A DNA stretch of 64,000 nt from a virus (Duplodnaviria; Caudoviricetes): IMG/VR virus record IMGVR_UViG_3300031555_001441, positions 1-64,000 of that record; one strand, 5' to 3'. The notes under the pieces are model-generated. The model was not told the DNA's origin and made no database searches. It saw only the letters and a program-made list of their open reading frames with translations. Of the stretch, positions 47,180 to 56,631 are shown one piece after another. Position 1 is the first letter of the stretch; each line of letters opens with the position of its first letter. The position numbers were made by a program, and so were the translations under genes.

Positions 47180-48650
47180 TAGAACTCAAGTCAATATCCC
47201 AACTCATTGCATCTGCACCCATCTGAGGAAATACTTCTGTTAATATTTCAGTCAATGCTTTATGATAAGATTCCTCATCTTTCATACCCATTTCTTTCAT
47301 CAGAGCTACAAGCGCAGTAGCTTGATTGAGTGCTGCATCTCGTTTATCAAATTGAACAGTTGACTGCACTGTAAGTATTGGATTCATATGAAGCTGGAAT
47401 TTATCAATAAATCCTGACATATTTCGCATCTGGAAGTAATTATTCAAACCTGATCTCCAGCCTTCCATGTATGCAGTTTCAAGTCTCTGTAACTTGTTAG
47501 CATATACAATAGAACGTTGAGATAAAACAGCTCCGGCACCTCCTAGACCTTCATTCGACGAGTAGTTCAAATTTTCTTTAGGTACGCCTAATACCGAAAG
47601 CTTTTTATTTTCATAGTGTTCGAGTAACTTGTATTCGGCTTCTGTAGCTTCTGCCATGTTGAGGTCTGTTATCTCAATCGGAACTGTGCCATTAACTTTC
47701 GGTAAATAAATCAAATTGTTAGGACTTTGCGGATTTACAAAGCTTTGAACATCTCCTGTTTGTGTATTGAGAGAAAGTTGCTGCTCAACAGAATCTTTTA
47801 GCTGCTGTAAATTATCTCGAATCTCATCTTCTTCAGTACCTGCTTCAGCTGAAATGAACTTAATAGTTCTAGATAACGAAGAAAGCAGAAGAGCATCTTC
47901 TAACAGACTAAGAGTCTGAGTTGGCTGTGTAGCTTGTTCAAGCAACGGTTGCGCAAACTGAATATCATATGTAGATACAGTTCCGTCTTTATCAGCACCA
48001 TCTATTGTATATGTTCCTAGCAACCCACCTAACGAAAAATGGATAACAGCTGCATTTGGAAGAATGAGCGTTTCATTCAATCGCTTGTCATCAATGTCCA
48101 TTATATATCCTTTAGGTTCACCCTGTTGCCATAGATGTATAATAGTTTCAGGAGGTATCTTGTATGACGGTATGATGTCATAATCAGGTTCCGCTATCGT
48201 ATTGTTATCAAGCACAATACCTTTCTTCGAGAAGGTATCACTAGATTCTTTATAGAGATAAGTTGTTGGAAGATATAAGTTACCAATAGTCGCTAACTCT
48301 AATATGTGCTCCCGTACATATTTGTTTATCTCCCAACGCTTAAACAAAGCGTTTACAACTTCTGCAACATCTGCATATTTATCTTCAGTTGCAGTTGCCC
48401 AAATAATATCACCTGTTGTATTTGGTGTAGTTGCATCTGTGGCAAAATAATCAAGTGCTGTGCTTATTTGAGAATCACGTGCAAGAGCACGCATTGTGTC
48501 AATCTGTGTTTGTATATCAGAAACACTAGTATTGCCTCGTATATCAGATACTTTGTACAACGAACCTGTTACAACATATCTGAGAAACGACATTGCTTTT
48601 TGTACTTTGCCGCCTCGAGGAACTAGCCGATTTAACCATCTGTTGGCCAT
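47151..48650 (-). CDS. Portal protein (T4 gp20-like)
   Basis: DSQISTALD..ATDAT, VIHF, LLEDALL, LSVLGVPK..L motifs; downstream of terminase. Confidence 0.85.
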   Translation of the reverse strand: MANRWLNRLVPRGGKVQKAMSFLRYVVTGSLYKVSDIRGNTSVSDIQTQIDTMRALARDSQISTALDYFATDATTPNTTGDIIWATATEDKYADVAEVVNALFKRWEINKYVREHILELATIGNLYLPTTYLYKESSDTFSKKGIVLDNNTIAEPDYDIIPSYKIPPETIIHLWQQGEPKGYIMDIDDKRLNETLILPNAAVIHFSLGGLLGTYTIDGADKDGTVSTYDIQFAQPLLEQATQPTQTLSLLEDALLLSSLSRTIKFISAEAGTEEDEIRDNLQQLKDSVEQQLSLNTQTGDVQSFVNPQSPNNLIYLPKVNGTVPIEITDLNMAEATEAEYKLLEHYENKKLSVLGVPKENLNYSSNEGLGGAGAVLSQRSIVYANKLQRLETAYMEGWRSGLNNYFQMRNMSGFIDKFQLHMNPILTVQSTVQFDKRDAALNQATALVALMKEMGMKDEESYHKALTEILTEVFPQMGADAMSWDIDLSSSEGGDQGAI

Positions 48651-48683
48651 TTAAGGATTCACCTCCATCATTTACCAAATATA

Positions 48684-50276
48684 TTAAAGGTCCTGCTTAA
48701 GATCCGAATCAATATCAAATTTGTCAAAGAACTCTTGTTCTCTTATTACAGGAATACCTAACTGTCGAGCTTGCTGAATTATTCTAGCATCTACCTCTTC
48801 ATTCAAATCGCCTACTACAACACATGTAGTCTTGTCACTGATAGCTACTGTAACATCTGCGGAGTAGCTTCTAAGTATCATTGCAATTTCAGTATTAGTT
48901 CCATGCGAAAATCTACCTGTCAAGCAAATAGAGTCGTTTCTCAATATAGGAAGTCCATTAAATTTTCTTTCGGAAACTACAATAGTAATATTACTGAAAT
49001 GAAAACTAGAAATCAAATCAACAGTATTAGCCGGTTCAGATGCCCACATGACAAAATCAACAATGTCAGATTCTTGTATATGTAGCTGCTTAGAAATCAA
49101 TTCAGGATGAACTAAATAATATTCAAGAGTAGTCACCGAATTATTGCACTCATTGCACAGCCGACGAATTGTATCTTCTGTGATAGAAAGATTCGCAGGT
49201 ACAAAAGCTTCTATGAGCTTCGAAAATGTTGTTGATACCTTAGTATCTTGATATTCAGGATATGAAAATAAATCTAGCACAGAAAATAATGACTTAGTAG
49301 TGCGAACAATTTCTTTATATCTATCATAAGAAATTGTCGGAAGATCTAACACTTCTAGGAAATGAATAACTTCCGGATATCTATGAGAAACGCATTGTGG
49401 GTCGTCGCAAACAAATTGCCCGAAGGTAGGAACCGGTACTACTTTGTGACAGATCGGACACGTTATCATAGTAGGCTGAGAACCATACACATCAGTCAGT
49501 TTAATTTGTTGATCGTTCGTCATTTCTACATAAGAATGAACGACTCTAACTATCGTATCAAATCGGTTGTAAATCAGCAGGCTATTAGGCTGAATGTTAA
49601 ATTTTACTACATCCACCCATGAGGTATCAAATATCTTTTCACCGCAGGTTATTTTACCTCTGAAAAATCCACCTATAGATTGATACATCTCAATGTTAGT
49701 TACAATCGTAGATTTGAGTTCTAATGACGGACACTTGAACTGATTTCCTCTAAATATCCAATAATGAGATGGAACGCTGAAAAGATATTTGCTATTTTGA
49801 ACTGTTTGTAAATTAAATGTTGCTTCTGACGTAGCCGCCGATACTAGCGTAGCAGGAAGTAGCTCAAAGCCTGCCATCTTTAACCACTGACGAGCTGGAT
49901 GACCTCCGCGGAACATTGTAGCATAACTAAATATATTACCAGCATAAAATTGAATATCATTTGAATTGTCCTTAATACATTGCTTTATGAGTGAATAACA
50001 TGCATCAGGAATATCTCCAACACACTTTATATTTTCAGAAATACAGAACACACCTGTTATAAGAGTTGTTCCTTGTTTAACTGTAATATGAAGGGGCACT
50101 AACAGATGCTCACGAATAGCTGGTAAAATATCTACAGATATATCTTTACCAGTGTCTTCGTATCCTTCTGTAATACGATGCAATCTTCCTTCTTCGTCAT
50201 ACTGAAGAATAACAGGAAGGCCTGTGGGGACTACAGATACTAAATCGCCTGCGTTCAAAAGGTTTTTGACGTACAT
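48684..50276 (-). CDS. NAD-dependent DNA ligase-like protein (adenylation-like, Zn finger, BRCT) lacking the KxDG motif
   Basis: VPTGLPVILQYDEEGRL..GKDIS aligns by eye to KxDGLA.SL.Y..G.L..GEDIT; CPIC..C.DPQC; ICLTGRF..ARQLGIPVI.E BRCT. Confidence 0.7.
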   Translation of the reverse strand: MYVKNLLNAGDLVSVVPTGLPVILQYDEEGRLHRITEGYEDTGKDISVDILPAIREHLLVPLHITVKQGTTLITGVFCISENIKCVGDIPDACYSLIKQCIKDNSNDIQFYAGNIFSYATMFRGGHPARQWLKMAGFELLPATLVSAATSEATFNLQTVQNSKYLFSVPSHYWIFRGNQFKCPSLELKSTIVTNIEMYQSIGGFFRGKITCGEKIFDTSWVDVVKFNIQPNSLLIYNRFDTIVRVVHSYVEMTNDQQIKLTDVYGSQPTMITCPICHKVVPVPTFGQFVCDDPQCVSHRYPEVIHFLEVLDLPTISYDRYKEIVRTTKSLFSVLDLFSYPEYQDTKVSTTFSKLIEAFVPANLSITEDTIRRLCNECNNSVTTLEYYLVHPELISKQLHIQESDIVDFVMWASEPANTVDLISSFHFSNITIVVSERKFNGLPILRNDSICLTGRFSHGTNTEIAMILRSYSADVTVAISDKTTCVVVGDLNEEVDARIIQQARQLGIPVIREQEFFDKFDIDSDLKQDL

Positions 50277-50319
50277 AATGATTACCTCATTTCTTTATAT
50301 TTATTCAATATTTAATGTG

Positions 50320-52662
50320 CTAAAATTTTCGAATGTTTCCGAACATATTGTACTTACTATTATTTAGAGTATTAGATTTTGGTGTATTTACTGCAGATAT
50401 TGCAGATACTACTGATTTAGGAGTTGTAGGAAGTACTTGTGTATTTAACATAGCATTCCACATCGCACCAATGAATGAGTCAGAAGCATCTTTACTTTCG
50501 CCTTCAACATGGTCAACTTTACCTGTTGAAGCATCTCGCTGCAAATGAGTCAACTCGCGTTCAAGTAGCTCGTTATGAAGCATCTCAACACGATCTTCAA
50601 TCAAAATAGCCCTACCAGCAATATATCCGTCTGGAGTTCGGTCTAGTGATATTTTATCACAAGGAAAACCTTGTGCTTCAAGTAGCTGACCTAGATATTC
50701 ACTTTGAAATTGGTCTCGACTGATACGTGATATGTTGAAATGTTGACGTCTCAACCAACAGATGAATCTCAGTATTTTATCATATGCAATTTTATCACCA
50801 CGAGGTGCTTGAATTGCAACTGTGAATACATGAGCATAAACAGGAAGAGATATTTTCTTACCAGTTTCATCTGCAATATCTTTACGACCTACTATAGATA
50901 CTCCAGAGATACCAGTTCGGTCTGTAGTAAGAGACAAGTCTAGATGTATGTACATAGGAGCTTTTCGGACAACATCAGGCGTAGCTTCCATATGATAAAA
51001 TTCTTCTATGGAGAGCGAATCTTTTGTACCAATGGATATAATATCGGTATAAAACGGATTTCGTCTTGTATTTGTTATACACTTGTCCAGTACATCTTGT
51101 GTAATAAATGAAAATGTACCTGGAACAGAAATGCCAGCGATATCACGCAAAGCAATATCTATATCAGCTAAGAACCTTGTTTTGTTATCTTCAGGTACAT
51201 CTAATATCTTGAATCCTTGAGCTTCAATATCTGCAAGACTTTGAGGATCTGTTTGATCATCAGGAACAACAAAGCTGCGAAGATGCTTTCCACCTAGAGC
51301 TAACTTGAATTTCTTATCTGAAGTATACTTAGACGCCGGCCAGACCTCCCACTGCGGCTTATCAAACACATACATGTGCTCGTTACCGGCTTCTTTTTGT
51401 GTAGCAATGTACTCTTCCATGAAGTCTGAATCGCTATTCTTAGAGCTGATAACATACAAGCGACCAAATACTTCACCATGTTTAACAAAAGTACCGGTTA
51501 CACGAGCAACGAGTGTGTCATATTTTGCTTTCATGCGGACTTTTGCTTTATTGATATCTTTAATACCCGCTGCTGCAAAGTTACACTCATCAAAAACAAC
51601 ACAGTTATGCGCAACTAGCTGACTGGGTCCATTTACTACAATAAAATTATGATATGGTTCTGCATTTACAACATCGAATACTGGAATCTCGTGCTCATAA
51701 TGACATCTAACTTTATTTGAAAGATAAATAGGTCCAGGATATGATGGATCTAGTATCTTAGATTCATACGTGATGTTTTGAAGCTCTTCATACGAACCAT
51801 CATACAGCTGTATCTTGTGATCTGGTGTGCCTTCTATGTAAGTATAATTATTAAATTCTAGCTTCAATGTGTCTTTAACATATTTTGTTAAAACTACACG
51901 AGCATCTGAATACATCATACCAGTCCCTGACCATTGACAAACACGACACGGTCCAGTACACGATGCAATGCGTCGTATACCACGATCAGTTAGAATCTTC
52001 GTATCTCCTACTAAACAGAATGTTGCCTTACCTAATGCGTGCGATGCATCAGATCCATATTCAATGGTGATTAGACCACCGTCCGGAATATATGTAGGGA
52101 CAGCCTCGCTGTCATTCATATGACCATGTTTAAGAAACCATGGACTATTCGCCATAAGAGAATTGAACTCTTTAAAAGCAACACCGCGAGCGAGTGTTTG
52201 TGTTATGTTGAAGAAAAAGATTGAAATGTTAGTGATTGATTTCAAGCCGAAATAAGATTGCGGATCACGTAAACACATTAACCAATAAAACATGTATGCA
52301 GCATCAGAAACAGCAGTACTAGTTTTACCTGTACGAGTAGCTCCCGTAAATACAATCTCAGTGTATTGGTTACCTGCCTTCTCAAGCTCTAACATAGTAT
52401 TCATCCATGCAGGATAAATAGACTCACCATTGTTGTTTGTCTGCCCTAAGTAATAAGGATCTGTTAAAAATGTATACTTATCAACAGGAATCTCTTTGAA
52501 ATCTGTCATCCATATGTTTTCATATGTAGGTGAATATCCGTAATCTGCGATCTCTTTGACAATATTTCGAAGCGTAACTTGTTCTTCTGTTGAAAACTTA
52601 TCATATCTAGCTTTTATACGTGATAAAACATCTTCCCAATCAGTCATCAGTTTTGTCCTCAT
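50320..52662 (-). CDS. terL: Terminase large subunit with mini-intein
   Basis: Walker A GATRTGKT; Walker B ATF/CVVFDE after splicing; nuclease HLDLS, DQFQS, KVDH..SKDASD. Confidence 0.92.
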   Translation of the reverse strand: MRTKLMTDWEDVLSRIKARYDKFSTEEQVTLRNIVKEIADYGYSPTYENIWMTDFKEIPVDKYTFLTDPYYLGQTNNNGESIYPAWMNTMLELEKAGNQYTEIVFTGATRTGKTSTAVSDAAYMFYWLMCLRDPQSYFGLKSITNISIFFFNITQTLARGVAFKEFNSLMANSPWFLKHGHMNDSEAVPTYIPDGGLITIEYGSDASHALGKATFCLVGDTKILTDRGIRRIASCTGPCRVCQWSGTGMMYSDARVVLTKYVKDTLKLEFNNYTYIEGTPDHKIQLYDGSYEELQNITYESKILDPSYPGPIYLSNKVRCHYEHEIPVFDVVNAEPYHNFIVVNGPSQLVAHNCVVFDECNFAAAGIKDINKAKVRMKAKYDTLVARVTGTFVKHGEVFGRLYVISSKNSDSDFMEEYIATQKEAGNEHMYVFDKPQWEVWPASKYTSDKKFKLALGGKHLRSFVVPDDQTDPQSLADIEAQGFKILDVPEDNKTRFLADIDIALRDIAGISVPGTFSFITQDVLDKCITNTRRNPFYTDIISIGTKDSLSIEEFYHMEATPDVVRKAPMYIHLDLSLTTDRTGISGVSIVGRKDIADETGKKISLPVYAHVFTVAIQAPRGDKIAYDKILRFICWLRRQHFNISRISRDQFQSEYLGQLLEAQGFPCDKISLDRTPDGYIAGRAILIEDRVEMLHNELLERELTHLQRDASTGKVDHVEGESKDASDSFIGAMWNAMLNTQVLPTTPKSVVSAISAVNTPKSNTLNNSKYNMFGNIRKF
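51604..52017 (-). mobile_element. Mini-intein (138 aa) in TerL
   Basis: Begins CLVGDTKI, block B GTPDHKI, ends VFDV..HNF..VAHN followed by Cys+1; no endonuclease domain. Confidence 0.92.
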
Positions 52663-53137
52663 CTAGCATAAGAAGTAACTCTTGAGCTGCTTTTCGAACA
52701 TTGTCTCTAGATGTTCTATCTAACAAGGACGGAGGTGCATCTGTAGCTACAGTTTCAATCCCTTCAATATTCATCTCAGGTGTGGCTCCGATGTAAGGCT
52801 CCAACAACTTATGCGATTTTATCATATTATCTTGAAGTCGTTCTTGAATTGATATTAAGACCATCCACGTTGTAGGATCCATAGTATCTTGTGTAAGCAC
52901 TGTATTCTCGATTGATTCATAGAGTTTGTTTTCTATTTTATCCATCAACTCCGTATATCTTACAATACGTGTAAGCTGATGATATATTCGCTTTATAGTA
53001 AGTTCACGCACTGCTTGAGCGGGATTATCAGAACATGCTAATAAGGACGTCCGCATCTCTGCGACGCCCTCATTCTGCTTTCTTAGTAGCGGATCTTTCT
53101 CGCGGATCTCACCTTCAACAGTTTTGAAGTCGTCCAT
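52640..53137 (-). CDS. Hypothetical protein, candidate terminase small subunit
   Basis: 165 aa helical protein overlapping the terL start; position only. Confidence 0.4.
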   Translation of the reverse strand: MDDFKTVEGEIREKDPLLRKQNEGVAEMRTSLLACSDNPAQAVRELTIKRIYHQLTRIVRYTELMDKIENKLYESIENTVLTQDTMDPTTWMVLISIQERLQDNMIKSHKLLEPYIGATPEMNIEGIETVATDAPPSLLDRTSRDNVRKAAQELLLMLDEDKTDD

Positions 53138-53150
53138 ATCAATTCTCCGA

Positions 53151-53348
53151 TTATTTATTCAGGTCTAAAAGTACTACTCCTAAATTTGCAATTGATTCTT
53201 GAGCTAATATATCATCTTTTGCGTCTTTACCTAGTTCATCAATTGCAGCTCTTATGCATTTAATGGCCTTAGTGTAGCTAGAAGATTCAACAGCTTCACT
53301 CACTTTGTTTTGCTGTATCTGTGTTTTCGGCGACTTTGCGACTTTCAT
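53151..53348 (-). CDS. Small hypothetical protein (start revised to 53348)
   Basis: GAGGAGG RBS before MKVAKS. Confidence 0.55.
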   Translation of the reverse strand: MKVAKSPKTQIQQNKVSEAVESSSYTKAIKCIRAAIDELGKDAKDDILAQESIANLGVVLLDLNK

Positions 53349-53643
53349 TAGGTACCTCCTCATTGACTTTCAAAAGTTTAACATATGTAGATTCTTCATC
53401 TTTTAAAAGATCATAGAAACTATCAAACGCTTTTTTAAGATCTTCATCATTCTTGATTACATCTCGAGCATACATATTAAGCTTATCTAAACATGTACGA
53501 ACTTTATTGATATCCGCACATGCTTCATAAGAAGCGATTTCTAGATCGGCAAGGGCATTAGCTGCGTCAAATCCCCAGATGTATCTACGAAATTCTGTGT
53601 ACAATGTATTATATGCATTTTGCAGCGCAGAAGAACTTATCAT
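53296..53643 (-). CDS. Hypothetical protein
   Basis: 115 aa; GAGGGTG RBS. Confidence 0.6.
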   Translation of the reverse strand: MISSSALQNAYNTLYTEFRRYIWGFDAANALADLEIASYEACADINKVRTCLDKLNMYARDVIKNDEDLKKAFDSFYDLLKDEESTYVKLLKVNEEVPNESRKVAENTDTAKQSE

Positions 53644-53653
53644 TTTATCACCC

Positions 53654-54349
53654 TCATTCTATAATTTCTTTAGCTTCATTGCTCTTTGAAATTTCAAACA
53701 CAATTGCATTATCAGTGCGAGCTAATCTATTAAATGATAAACTTGCATATCCAGATAATTCTAGAAGCTGAATCACCTGTTCCATCACGTTATTAAGGTT
53801 GATGTTATCATTGTAATATATCCATAACTCGTTGTTCTTAATAGATACCCGAGATACTCCCATACAATCTGTTCGATTATTAAGTGTGCCTTTGATAACA
53901 TCAGGTGATATCTGAGGTTCATCATCAAGATAAGTAGTACCGATCATCGCTTGTATCTTGACCGACTCGGATACAGGTTCTTCTGAAGTTGATTCTTCAG
54001 CAACAGGCTCCTCAGATTCTGTTTCCTCATCAAGAGTTTGCTCTTCATCAGGAAGAGGTTCTTCTTCTAAAGAATCATCAGGCAAGCTTGATGGCATTGA
54101 AGGGGCTGACCTAGGTGCAAATTCAGGACCACCTTCAAATAAAACATCGGTTTGACCCTTCTCATCTGGCGTTTTCTCTTTCTTTTGGTCACTTTCACGC
54201 AAGACATATTCAGGCTTGAGATATTCTTTATCAAGATACCTACGCAGTTGTTGAACTAACTCTGTGTTGATAGGATTTTCAATTGCAGCTTTCAACGCAT
54301 CTTTACGTGGACTTGTTTTGAATAATTTACTGCTATATATTGCTTCCAT
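53654..54349 (-). CDS. Hypothetical protein with acidic low-complexity linker
   Basis: 231 aa; AAGGAG RBS. Confidence 0.6.
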   Translation of the reverse strand: MEAIYSSKLFKTSPRKDALKAAIENPINTELVQQLRRYLDKEYLKPEYVLRESDQKKEKTPDEKGQTDVLFEGGPEFAPRSAPSMPSSLPDDSLEEEPLPDEEQTLDEETESEEPVAEESTSEEPVSESVKIQAMIGTTYLDDEPQISPDVIKGTLNNRTDCMGVSRVSIKNNELWIYYNDNINLNNVMEQVIQLLELSGYASLSFNRLARTDNAIVFEISKSNEAKEIIE

Positions 54350-54361
54350 CTATGTTACTCC

Positions 54362-55420
54362 TTAGTAATCATATCCAAATCGACTGAAATCTGTACGATA
54401 CCTTTCCATATCATGTTTAAGTTCTGTAAGTGTATCTGCCCTGAATTCTACTTCTGTATTTTCGTCATATCGAGGATCTCCTTCGAGGGCATCCATGTAC
54501 ACTACAAAAGGATCTTCGTATATAGGATTACCACCATCTCTGAAGTAACTGACGAGTGATCGACTCCATTCAGGGAGCTTCATCAACTTGGCCTTATCGC
54601 CTCTGAAATATGGATTAGCTACAATCTTCGCAGAAGCAATATCATCCTCTATCTCTTTACGAATGTTGTACCACCAGTCATATATTTTCTGGCGCATAGA
54701 TTTAGATAATCTAGGTATATCAGATTCGGTTGTTGTAGGAGATATTTTCAAAACAAATTGATGTGACACTTTAGATTGATAATGAACATAATATGCAGGC
54801 ATATCAGGGCGCTGAGTATTTAGCTCAATATCTATTCTGAACTTTTCAGTAAACGTATCCGTCTGTTTACAACCTGTCATATATGCTGAAAGTATAAGAT
54901 CTGAATATTTAGCGGTCAAAGCATCTAAGTAATCATCTATATCATTGTGAACTGTTGGCCACATATCAGCGATGTTAACTTCATAAATATTTGGAGTATT
55001 TGGCACAGTTGCGACATATCCGACAATAGAATTTCTTGAATCCCAGCTATCGTATAGATCTCCATCTATAACACAGCACATGTGATCCATTACAAGGTTC
55101 TCTGCTTCTTTTGCATGTTTGCGAGAATCTGTTAATAACAGATACGTTCCGCTAGAATGCGTTTCATAGAATTCACGAGTTGTCAAACGCTCCGATGTCT
55201 TTGCAAATTGAATTCCGCGTGTTTTAAGGTATGCTTCAAATACTCGAGGAACGTTATACTTAATAGCACCTAAATTACGTTTAGTTGCATTCAAATCAGA
55301 TCTAATGATGTCGTATGGCTCACCTAACGCAAGCGATATACTACGAACAACACAATCACCTACGTTATTATCATGTGTATTAGCATTGTAGTACTTAATA
55401 TCAGCGAATACATTCTTCAT
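54362..55420 (-). CDS. Protein with N-terminal Cys/His peptidase-like motif
   Basis: GDCVVRSIS..Y and DHMCCVIDGDLYDSWDS. Confidence 0.5.
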   Translation of the reverse strand: MKNVFADIKYYNANTHDNNVGDCVVRSISLALGEPYDIIRSDLNATKRNLGAIKYNVPRVFEAYLKTRGIQFAKTSERLTTREFYETHSSGTYLLLTDSRKHAKEAENLVMDHMCCVIDGDLYDSWDSRNSIVGYVATVPNTPNIYEVNIADMWPTVHNDIDDYLDALTAKYSDLILSAYMTGCKQTDTFTEKFRIDIELNTQRPDMPAYYVHYQSKVSHQFVLKISPTTTESDIPRLSKSMRQKIYDWWYNIRKEIEDDIASAKIVANPYFRGDKAKLMKLPEWSRSLVSYFRDGGNPIYEDPFVVYMDALEGDPRYDENTEVEFRADTLTELKHDMERYRTDFSRFGYDY

Positions 55421-55884
55421 GACTTATCCTTCGACGCTTGACACCCTTGATCAAAATATTCACGAATTGTCTTCATATAATCATAAGGCCTATCAGGATT
55501 ATCATTTTGAATGATATAGCTGAAATAAAGAGAAACTACATCATCTGTAAATCTATTTACAAGTTCTATTTTATATAGATGAAATCCTACAGTTTGATTT
55601 ATCTTATCGGTAAGTATCTTTATCCAAGGACGATTCTTTTCTCGTGTGACAAATTCTGTAATATCACAATCACTGGGTGCTTTATCGTAATCATCGCACA
55701 TCTCAAATACGCCGACAAGACGAAAATCGCGACTCATATAATCCGGTATTTTGACCCACAAGAAGTATTCAATTGTTCTGAAATTGATAACCTTTCCGTG
55801 CTCCGGCAGCTTATCATATGTATCGGCTACTAAACCGAACACTGGATATTCCATAGAAACAGACCTCATATACTTTATACACAT
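55417..55884 (-). CDS. Hypothetical protein (start uncertain)
   Basis: 155 aa ORF; promoter-like motif at 55887-55896. Confidence 0.6.
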   Translation of the reverse strand: MCIKYMRSVSMEYPVFGLVADTYDKLPEHGKVINFRTIEYFLWVKIPDYMSRDFRLVGVFEMCDDYDKAPSDCDITEFVTREKNRPWIKILTDKINQTVGFHLYKIELVNRFTDDVVSLYFSYIIQNDNPDRPYDYMKTIREYFDQGCQASKDKS

Positions 55885-55917
55885 GTATACAAGGTTGTTT
55901 ATATTTATTCAATAATA

Positions 55918-56589
55918 TTAGTTAAACGCAACTAACACGTCTTCATACTGAATATCTTGCTGTTCTGGTTTATTTTGTTGCGTCCAAATTGCTCCGAAGA
56001 TGTTCCACAAACACGCACGAATATGAGGTTCATCGTTATCTCCTCTACGTGCTTTCAGATAATGCCGAATTGCGCTATCAATGAAACTATGAAGCGGAAT
56101 ACCTTTTTCCCAGTTGTGCTCACCATATTTAACTGCTCCGCCTTCATATTGTTTTGCGGCATCAAGCACAGCCGACCACTTGTCTGGATAGAAAAGTTCA
56201 GTGAATCTATCTGCTGCAGAATATAACGCGTGGATATCACCTAGCTTCATATATTCTGCAAATTTACTGAGCACAGGATCGTCGTTTAGGAAAGTTTTTA
56301 TAACACTCAAAGGCATCAAATCACATCTACCTTTGCCTTCAACAATATCGCGAACAGCACCGCTTTCAAATACTCTGCGTTGCCCGCTATCTTTTATCTG
56401 GTTGACTCCATCAACAGACTCAGCAATATTTGAAAGTTCAGCTTCCGTAGCTTTAAAATCTTTGCAGAATTCTTCAACAGTACCATTCAGAAAATTTTTG
56501 TTTGCGTATATCGTCTCCATTGGATTAAATGTGCACGTATGTTTACATTCTTCCGTTTGATACTTTATGCAATCCAAACATTTCATCAA
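55918..56589 (-). CDS. DUF5664-type dATP/dGTP diphosphohydrolase-domain protein
   Basis: F.SGAVRD...KGR.DL and GAVKYGEHNWEKG..DSAIRH..DEPH..AC.WN. Confidence 0.75.
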   Translation of the reverse strand: MMKCLDCIKYQTEECKHTCTFNPMETIYANKNFLNGTVEEFCKDFKATEAELSNIAESVDGVNQIKDSGQRRVFESGAVRDIVEGKGRCDLMPLSVIKTFLNDDPVLSKFAEYMKLGDIHALYSAADRFTELFYPDKWSAVLDAAKQYEGGAVKYGEHNWEKGIPLHSFIDSAIRHYLKARRGDNDEPHIRACLWNIFGAIWTQQNKPEQQDIQYEDVLVAFN

Positions 56590-56631
56590 TTGTATCTCCT
56601 CAAAATAAATATCTGTATGTATGTTTATGTA

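Noticed and set aside
48684-50276. Functional ligA call
   Set aside because: The catalytic KxDG lysine is not visible, so no gene symbol was assigned.
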